A DNA stretch of 64,000 nucleotides. Origin: Spirochaetia bacterium. GTDB lineage: Bacteria; Spirochaetota; Spirochaetia; Treponematales; Rectinemataceae. The notes below the pieces were generated by a model that was not told where the DNA came from, ran no database searches, and saw only the letters and a program-made list of their open reading frames with translations. Each line of letters begins with the position of its first letter. The stretch's first letter is position 1. The DNA lies in assembly GCA_029975555.1 (NCBI GenBank), contig JARKOY010000146.1, positions 13,727 through 77,726 on the forward strand, written 5' to 3'. Made by a program: the position numbers and the translations under genes. Positions 57,696 through 64,000 of this stretch are shown here, piece by piece.

Positions 57696-59285
57696 ATGTC
57701 GGATGCACACCCACAAAAAACGCCTCAGTCTAGAGAGAGCGGGCCGTACACAACGGAAAGGCTCTATGCCGCGATAGAAATAGGCTCCACCGGGATACGA
57801 CTCATCGTCGCAGAAATCGACGCGAAGGGAGGACTCAAAATTCTCGACAGGGCGTCCAAGCAGTCCCGTCTTGGACGCGATGTGTTCACCATGGGCAGTA
57901 TCTCGCGGGACGGCCTGCGCGAGACCATCGCCATCCTGAGCTCCTTTCACGAACTTTTGCAGGGGTACGGGTTGCAGCCTTCAGACATTCAGGTGATCGG
58001 CACGAGTGCGCTCAGGGAGGCGGCCAACAGGGACACTTTCATCGACCGCATCAGCCTTCAGACTGGTTTTCATGTCCGCATCGTCGAGGACATCGAAGAA
58101 ACGCACCTTATGTATCTTGCGGTAAAAAAAGCACTTGAAGATGAACGCTCTTTTCTTACACGCTCGAATGCGATGATTCTGGAGGTCGGCGGCGGCACCA
58201 CCGAAGTCATGCTCCTCAAAAAAGGCCAGATGGTCTCCAGTCATTCTTTGAGCATCGGCACGCTTCGCATGGATGAGCAGATCCGCGAATCTGCCTGTCA
58301 GCCGCGGCAGTTTATCGAAATGTACCTCGAGAGCAACATAAAGACTGCCTGCGATGTGATCGCGGAGGACCTGCCGCTCGATTCCGTGCGCACCTTCGTG
58401 CTCATCGGCGCAGACGCCCGATTCGCGGCGTATTGCCTTTCGGGCAAGAACTTCAGCCACTATGCGGTCCTCGACCGCACACAATTTATCGAATTCGCCG
58501 ATTCGATGGCGAGCATGTCGGTCGAAGAATGCATGGCGCAGTACCACCTTTCATGGAACGAAGCCGAAAGCTATGCGGTGGGCCTCACCATCGAGCGCAT
58601 GTTCCTCGAAAAAACCGGCACAGAGACCATCATCGTGCCCAACGCCTCTATCCGAGAGGGCATCCTCCTCGCCCAGGTTCAGGGTATGGATCCAAACATC
58701 GAGGAGGAACTCCGTCGTCAGGTCATTGCCTCCGCCCGTGCACTCGCAAAGCGTTTTCGCTACGACGAAGCGCATGCCACGCACGTCAAAATCCTGTGCC
58801 TCGAACTGTTCGATGCGCTCAAAAAAGAACACGGTCTCGGAAAGCACGAGCGAATGCTCCTCGAGGCCGCGGCGATCCTCCACGACATAGGGACCTTTCT
58901 GCGGACGAGCGGGCACCACCGGCACAGCGAATACATCATCGCCAATTCGGAAATCTTCGGCCTCAATAGGGAGGACATCAACATCGTCTCCAATGTCGCG
59001 CGCTATCACCGCAAGAGCCCACCACTTTCCACGCACGTCAACTACATTGCGCTTCCGCGCGAGGCGCGCATTGTCGTGCTCAAGCTCGCAGCCATCCTCC
59101 GCGTCGCCGATGCCCTTGACCGGAGTCACTCGGGGCGCGTCCGGGACCTTTCTTTCGAACGCACCGAAGACAGATTCATCATCCGCCCTTCGCAGTCGCT
59201 CGATTTTTCGCTCGAAAAACTTTCGCTCGCAGAAAAAGGCGATATGTTCGAAGATGTCTTCGGACTTCTGCCTGTGTTGATGTGA
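57696..59285 (+). CDS. ppx: exopolyphosphatase / Ppx-GppA family phosphatase with HD domain
   Basis: AAIEIGSTGIRL actin-like fold start and a C-terminal HD motif (AAILHDIGTF). The track ORF begins at an upstream TTG (57597). Confidence 0.88.
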   Translation: MSDAHPQKTPQSRESGPYTTERLYAAIEIGSTGIRLIVAEIDAKGGLKILDRASKQSRLGRDVFTMGSISRDGLRETIAILSSFHELLQGYGLQPSDIQVIGTSALREAANRDTFIDRISLQTGFHVRIVEDIEETHLMYLAVKKALEDERSFLTRSNAMILEVGGGTTEVMLLKKGQMVSSHSLSIGTLRMDEQIRESACQPRQFIEMYLESNIKTACDVIAEDLPLDSVRTFVLIGADARFAAYCLSGKNFSHYAVLDRTQFIEFADSMASMSVEECMAQYHLSWNEAESYAVGLTIERMFLEKTGTETIIVPNASIREGILLAQVQGMDPNIEEELRRQVIASARALAKRFRYDEAHATHVKILCLELFDALKKEHGLGKHERMLLEAAAILHDIGTFLRTSGHHRHSEYIIANSEIFGLNREDINIVSNVARYHRKSPPLSTHVNYIALPREARIVVLKLAAILRVADALDRSHSGRVRDLSFERTEDRFIIRPSQSLDFSLEKLSLAEKGDMFEDVFGLLPVLM

Positions 59286-59303
59286 GCCTGAAGGGGTAAC
59301 TGC

Positions 59304-61415
59304 ATGAGCGATATTCCTACGTTGAACCGTGAGCTTTCATGGCTTGAATACAACGCGCGCGTTTTGGCAGAAGGGCTCAAACCTTCTACGCCACTCCTGG
59401 AAAAGCTCGGCTTTATGCGCATTTTCTCTTCGAACTTGGATGAATTCTTCATGGTGCGCGTCGCCACGGTGAAGGCGGCGGTACAGAGCGGCCAGACGAA
59501 TGAAGAATGGGCCGGAATGGAACCACAGGCGCTCCTCGCCGCCATCAACGGCAAGGTCCAAGCGCTCTACGATATGCTCTACAAGCATCTGCACGGCGCG
59601 GTGCTACCGGGCTTGGCGGCGCACGGAATTCACCTTATTTCCGAAAAAGACTGGACGGCCAGGGAATGGCGGTATCTCGAGCGCTTCTTTGTCGACGCCG
59701 TCTATCCTCTCCTGACGCCGCTTCGCCTGGAGCCTGACCATTTCCCCTCGACGGGCAGTCTCCAGGTTCATGTGGCCTTCAGGCTGGAAGACGGCTCGAT
59801 TGCCGTGGTCCAGGTGCCGAAGAACCTTGACCGCTTCATCGTCCTGCCCAAAGAGAACGGGCTCCGCATCGCGCTGATCGAGGACCTCATGCTGGCCTTC
59901 GGCGGCAAGCTCTTCTCGGGGCTCAAAGTGCTGCACGGCATTGTCTTCAAGGTGAACAGGGATGCAGATTTCAGCGTCGACGAAGACAGGGACGACGATT
60001 TTCTGACTGCAATGGAAGAGGTGCTCGCTGGGCGGCAGAACTCCGCGCCGGTGCGCATGGTCTATTCCGGAGAAGATCGGATTCTGCTCGGCGCGCTGAT
60101 GCAGAGCCTCTCGCTTGAGCCAGTGGATGTATACCATGTCGATTGGCTCATCGATCTGGGACGCACCATGGACCTCTGCGATCCAGAATTCTATAAGCGG
60201 CATGGCCTTACGCCAGATCCGTCACTTTTTTTCCCTCCATGGAAGCCGGTCAAGGTCTTCGACGAACGGAGCGGCAGCATCTTCGACTGGATCGATGAAC
60301 ACGACCGTTTCGTCAACGTGCCCTATGACTCATTCGATGTCGTCCAGCGCTTCATCGAAGAGTCGGCGGGCGACCCTTCGGTGTTGGGCATCAAGATAAC
60401 GCTGTACCGGACGAGCGGGTTGAACTCCCCCATCGTCCACGCGCTCGCAAAGGCTGCCCGGAGCGGCAAGCAGGTCGTCGTCGTGCTTGAGCTCAAGGCG
60501 CGGTTCGACGAGGAAAAAAATATTTCCTGGGCAGCGGAACTGGAGCAGGCGGGTGCCATCGTGACCTTCGGCGTGGCCCACCTGAAGGTGCACGCGAAGG
60601 CAGCCCTCGTCATCCGCAGGCGGCAGGACGGCAGCATTGCGCGATATCTCCATCTCTCGACAGGGAATTACAATGAAAAAACCGCGCGCAGCTATGTGGA
60701 TTTCAGCCTGTTCACCGCAAACCCGAGCCTCTGCACCGACATCGCCCTCTTCTTCAACATCCTGACTGGGTATTCGGGCATCCAGTCGCTCTCGCTCATT
60801 GCGGTCGGCCCTTTTGACCTCAAAAGGCGCATCATCGCCCTCATCGAGAGGGAAGCGGCGCAGTCCAGTCCAGAGTCGCCTGGCCTCATAATGGCGAAAA
60901 TCAACGCGCTCTCCGACCTGGACATCATCGAAGCGCTGTACCGGGCATCCTCCAAAGGTGTGCAGATAAAACTCAACGTGCGGGGCGTGTGCACGCTCGT
61001 TCCTGGGCTTCCGGGCATTTCGGAGACCATCGAAGTGCGCTCGGTGCTCGGGCGCAATCTGGAGCATGGCCGCATGCTCTATTTTAAAAACGGCGGCTCG
61101 GAAGAGCTGTATCTCTCCAGCGCGGACTGGCTTCACCGGAACATGAAGAAGCGGATAGAGCTTCTGTTCCCCGTGCTCGATGTGGAGATAAAGGCTCGCT
61201 GCAAGGACATTCTGAATGCATACTTCAGCGACAACACCCACGCCTACAGGCTCGAGAAGAACGGCGGTTGGACAGACCTCTCCCTGACGAGGCGCCCCGA
61301 AGAACCCACAGTCTATGTGCAAGAGGAGCTTTTCAAAATGGCCAAAAAAGCAGTACGAAACAAGGAAGAAAGGCAGGAGGTCCTGCAGGTCAGACGATCA
61401 AAAAGGATGAAATAA
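59304..61415 (+). CDS. ppk: polyphosphate kinase 1
   Basis: 703 aa. NRELSWLEYNARVL N-terminus, phospho-His context LKVHAKAALV, HLSTGNYNEKTA, and two PLD-like C-terminal domains. Confidence 0.95.
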   Translation: MSDIPTLNRELSWLEYNARVLAEGLKPSTPLLEKLGFMRIFSSNLDEFFMVRVATVKAAVQSGQTNEEWAGMEPQALLAAINGKVQALYDMLYKHLHGAVLPGLAAHGIHLISEKDWTAREWRYLERFFVDAVYPLLTPLRLEPDHFPSTGSLQVHVAFRLEDGSIAVVQVPKNLDRFIVLPKENGLRIALIEDLMLAFGGKLFSGLKVLHGIVFKVNRDADFSVDEDRDDDFLTAMEEVLAGRQNSAPVRMVYSGEDRILLGALMQSLSLEPVDVYHVDWLIDLGRTMDLCDPEFYKRHGLTPDPSLFFPPWKPVKVFDERSGSIFDWIDEHDRFVNVPYDSFDVVQRFIEESAGDPSVLGIKITLYRTSGLNSPIVHALAKAARSGKQVVVVLELKARFDEEKNISWAAELEQAGAIVTFGVAHLKVHAKAALVIRRRQDGSIARYLHLSTGNYNEKTARSYVDFSLFTANPSLCTDIALFFNILTGYSGIQSLSLIAVGPFDLKRRIIALIEREAAQSSPESPGLIMAKINALSDLDIIEALYRASSKGVQIKLNVRGVCTLVPGLPGISETIEVRSVLGRNLEHGRMLYFKNGGSEELYLSSADWLHRNMKKRIELLFPVLDVEIKARCKDILNAYFSDNTHAYRLEKNGGWTDLSLTRRPEEPTVYVQEELFKMAKKAVRNKEERQEVLQVRRSKRMK

Positions 61416-61417
61416 CG

Positions 61418-62218
61418 ATGAAAGCGACAGAAAAGGCACTGAGGCATATCCGGACAAAAGGGGCCTTCATCGTCGACATGGACGGCGTGATCTATCACGG
61501 GAACGTGCTTCTGCCAGGGGCAGCCCAGTTCGTCGACTGGCTCAAGTCCGAAGGCAAGCGATTTTTGTTCCTGACAAACTCCAGCGAGCGGTCGCCCGAG
61601 GAGCTGTCCCAAAAACTGGCGCGGCTCGGCATCGAAGTCGGCCCCGAACACTTCTATTCCAGCGCGCTGGCCACGGCCGCCTTCCTGGCCAGCCAGAAAC
61701 CCAACGGCTCAGCCTACGTCATCGGCGAACCGGGGCTCATCCACGCCCTGTACCGCGTCGGGTATACGATGAACAATGTCAATCCAGACTACGTCGTTGT
61801 CGGCGAAGCGAGCAGTTACAATCTCGACACGCTCATCAAGGCGGTGCGCCTGGTCATGGGAGGCGCAAAGCTGATCGGGACGAATCCCGATCTCACCGGC
61901 CCCGGCGAAGGTGGCATTGTGCCTGCCTGCGGGGCGCTGGTCGCGCCGATCGAACTCGCGACCGGCCGAAAGGCCTACTTCGTTGGTAAACCCAATCCCC
62001 TCATGATGCGCCACGCGCTGCGGACGCTCGGCGCCACGCGGGAGGAAACGATCATCATAGGAGACCGCATGGACACCGACATCATCGCCGGCATCGAGTC
62101 ACAGATCGAAACTGTGCTCGTCCTCACCGGCGTGACCGCCGAGGCAGACCTGCCGCGCTTCGCCTATGCGCCCACGCACGTGTTGGAAAGCGTCTCCGAA
62201 ATACCTGAGAACGCCTAA
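61418..62218 (+). CDS. HAD-IIA family hydrolase (NagD-like sugar phosphatase)
   Basis: Start MKATEK, 3 nt after the ppk stop. FIVDMDGVIYHG, LTNSS, GDRMDTDI. Confidence 0.88.
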   Translation: MKATEKALRHIRTKGAFIVDMDGVIYHGNVLLPGAAQFVDWLKSEGKRFLFLTNSSERSPEELSQKLARLGIEVGPEHFYSSALATAAFLASQKPNGSAYVIGEPGLIHALYRVGYTMNNVNPDYVVVGEASSYNLDTLIKAVRLVMGGAKLIGTNPDLTGPGEGGIVPACGALVAPIELATGRKAYFVGKPNPLMMRHALRTLGATREETIIIGDRMDTDIIAGIESQIETVLVLTGVTAEADLPRFAYAPTHVLESVSEIPENA

Positions 62219-62237
62219 AGAATTAGCCATCCAAGGG

Positions 62238-63644
62238 TCACGAGTGCTGCAGACGGATCAGCATGGCCGGCCTATCCGGCAGCCTGTCGCCCGTCAGCAC
62301 GCGGATGCCGTCGCCCGACAACAGATCGATCCCTTCGACATCGAAGGGCGCCGTTGGCGCCGCGGTGGTTCTCTGCGACGCATCGAGCTCGGGCCGTGCG
62401 ACGAGGAGGTAGCTGCCGTCTTTGAGCAGCGATCGGTCGATGGGCGACGGTTGGGGCGCAGCCTCGGCGCTCCGAAGGCAGTACACCGTACCGGATCCTC
62501 CCACCGACCAAGAAAAGAAGGGTGCGCGCCGCTTCGCCTCTTTCGTAGCCCTGAGGCTCTCGCGGAAATACCGCTCGAATTCCCGATCCCCATGCTCAGG
62601 CTGGATGGGATCGCGCTCGAAAAGATCAGGCCTATGGTCGAGTGCCAGCTCCTGTCCCATGTAGGTCATCGATAGGCCGGGCAAAAATTGATAGAGCGCA
62701 GTCCATGCGCGGAGCCTAGCTCCTTTTCCCAAGCGGTGTGCAGCCCGCTTTTGATCGTGATTCTCCAGGTATCGCAGCTTTTTCGCGCCCGCAGGATAGA
62801 GCGTCTCCTGCACATAGAGATATTCGAGGTAGCGCTCGATGGGCAACTCGTGTGCCCAGACCTTCTCGAGGCGTTCCCAGCCGTCGTAGTCGTAGCTGAT
62901 GTCGAAGGCCGCCGCATGCAGCTCAGGCTCGCTCCACGCCCCGTAGCCTCGCAGCCTCATGCGTCTCAAAAACGCAGGGTGCACGCTCTCGGCCAGCCAC
63001 ACTAGGCGCGCGCGCTCTTGCCGCGCACCGGGGTCGTACAGGTTCACGCGCAACCGCGCCTGCCTCCAGAAATCCGCAGGAACCAAGGAGGCCACATCGC
63101 AGCGGAAGCCGTCCACGCCACTGTCGCGCCACATCGAAAGCGTGTCGATCAGCTCGACCCACAGGTGCGGCGAAGCCCTATAGTCGAAATCGACGACGTC
63201 GCTCCAGTCTTCGCACTTGCGACCGGGCCGTCCATCCGGCCCCCGCAGGAACCATTCGGGATGTTCCGCAGCGAGCACCGAGTCGGGCGAACTGTGGTTG
63301 TACACGACATCGATCATCACCTTGAGGCCCTGAGCGTGAGCCTCCTCGACAAAGGCGGCGAAGTCAGCCTCGGAGCCAAGCTCAGGGTTGATCGATCTGT
63401 AGTCGGATATGGCATAGGGGCTTCCGAGCCTTCCCTTGCGGAGAGCCTTCCCGATCGGATGGATCGGCGTGAGGTAGACCCAATCGAAGCCCATCTTTGC
63501 AATGCGCGCGAGGTGCGGGATCGCGGCGCGGAATGTCCCTTCTTCGGTGAAATTCCGTAGGTATATTTGGTAGATTGCATCGCTTTCTGAAACCACAGGC
63601 GCTCCTTTTTTCTTCAGCAATGCCCAAGGGGGCCTGTTCAGCAT
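62238..63644 (-). CDS. alpha-amylase family glycoside hydrolase (GH13)
   Basis: Conserved regions DVVYNHSS, VDGFRCDVA and YLENHDQ. No signal peptide. Confidence 0.88.
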   Translation of the reverse strand: MLNRPPWALLKKKGAPVVSESDAIYQIYLRNFTEEGTFRAAIPHLARIAKMGFDWVYLTPIHPIGKALRKGRLGSPYAISDYRSINPELGSEADFAAFVEEAHAQGLKVMIDVVYNHSSPDSVLAAEHPEWFLRGPDGRPGRKCEDWSDVVDFDYRASPHLWVELIDTLSMWRDSGVDGFRCDVASLVPADFWRQARLRVNLYDPGARQERARLVWLAESVHPAFLRRMRLRGYGAWSEPELHAAAFDISYDYDGWERLEKVWAHELPIERYLEYLYVQETLYPAGAKKLRYLENHDQKRAAHRLGKGARLRAWTALYQFLPGLSMTYMGQELALDHRPDLFERDPIQPEHGDREFERYFRESLRATKEAKRRAPFFSWSVGGSGTVYCLRSAEAAPQPSPIDRSLLKDGSYLLVARPELDASQRTTAAPTAPFDVEGIDLLSGDGIRVLTGDRLPDRPAMLIRLQHS

Positions 63645-64000
63645 ATCAAAAACCCAGCGGGGAGGTCAGCCACTGCTCTCGCAAACGCTCAGGCACCATG
63701 CGCACCGCGCAAACGGCAAAGGCAAAAACCCTCTATGCCACCGCCCCGCTCGAACGCGGCGCCATCGCCAGGTCCTTCCGCGAGGTGCTCTCCTCCTGCC
63801 TCGCCCTCCACCTCCCTTCCCCCTCTCATGCTCAAAACCTGGAAAAAGCTTTGGCACACCCCAGGAAGGCACAAGCCTGCCTATCTTCCCTCCCTGGCAC
63901 TCGATTGAGGCGCTCGCCTATGGAATATCCACCTATGCCCTTCTTAATCCCAAGCCTATACCCAAGGTTGAGAACACTAATGACGGCGCACGATACTTTT

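Noticed and set aside
63666-63874. 61- and 68-aa minus-strand ORFs upstream of GH13
   Set aside because: Gly/Arg-rich translations produced by the polypurine tract. No SD.
1-64000. Scan of the whole window for CRISPR arrays, IS elements, integrases, prophage genes, toxin-antitoxin pairs, restriction-modification or other defence genes, and rRNA
   Set aside because: None seen. There are no regularly spaced repeats, no transposase- or recombinase-like ORFs, and only one tRNA, which has no adjacent integrase.

Overview
GC-rich, densely packed bacterial chromosomal window. I call 54 protein genes (one partial at the left edge) and one initiator tRNA. I found no rRNA, CRISPR array, IS/transposase, integrase, phage gene or recognisable defence gene. 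FSC/CGC-type lipoboxes, Opp-type importers next to glycosidases and the overall gene content suggest a saccharolytic Spirochaetota-like organism, but that is a low-confidence inference.

Gene content, left to right:
- Pentose locus on the minus strand: xylB, xylA, Gfo/Idh/MocA oxidoreductase, TIM-barrel isomerase and a ribose-type ABC importer, with a divergent AraC regulator.
- MarR, a heterodimeric ABC exporter, crcB and DUF190.
- ltaE and arsC.
- A two-gene minimal SUF-like pair (sufC plus a short sufB/D).
- Opp-type importer 1, with a very large binding protein, divergent from a cytosolic GH5.
- Alpha/beta hydrolase and ribokinase.
- Patatin-Omp85 (type Vd-like) protein.
- TetR and a radical SAM enzyme.
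- HAD and cupin.
- arsR, an ArsB/YbiR-like permease and a nitroreductase.
- lplA, an Ala/Lys-rich lipoprotein and yjbQ.
- Opp/Dpp-type importer 2 followed by a gamma-glutamyltransferase that lacks a signal peptide.
- tRNA-fMet and a DEAD-box helicase.
- DUF554, a condensation-like acyltransferase and a zinc-ribbon membrane protein.
- TPR lipoprotein, ABC-F ATPase and an SH3-like lipoprotein.
- ppx, ppk1 and a HAD-IIA hydrolase.
- GH13 amylase-family enzyme.

This reads mostly as ordinary core and accessory metabolism, and I cannot point to a clear-cut new system. The best candidates for something undescribed are:
- the TetR/radical-SAM module, which shares an operator between its two promoters;
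- the DUF554 / HxxxDG acyltransferase / zinc-ribbon membrane operon;
- the Opp-type importer with an 856-aa binding protein paired with GH5;
- two structured non-coding regions with no assigned function (17936-18267 and 48912-48985).

All functional calls come from motif recognition by eye. No database search was run.
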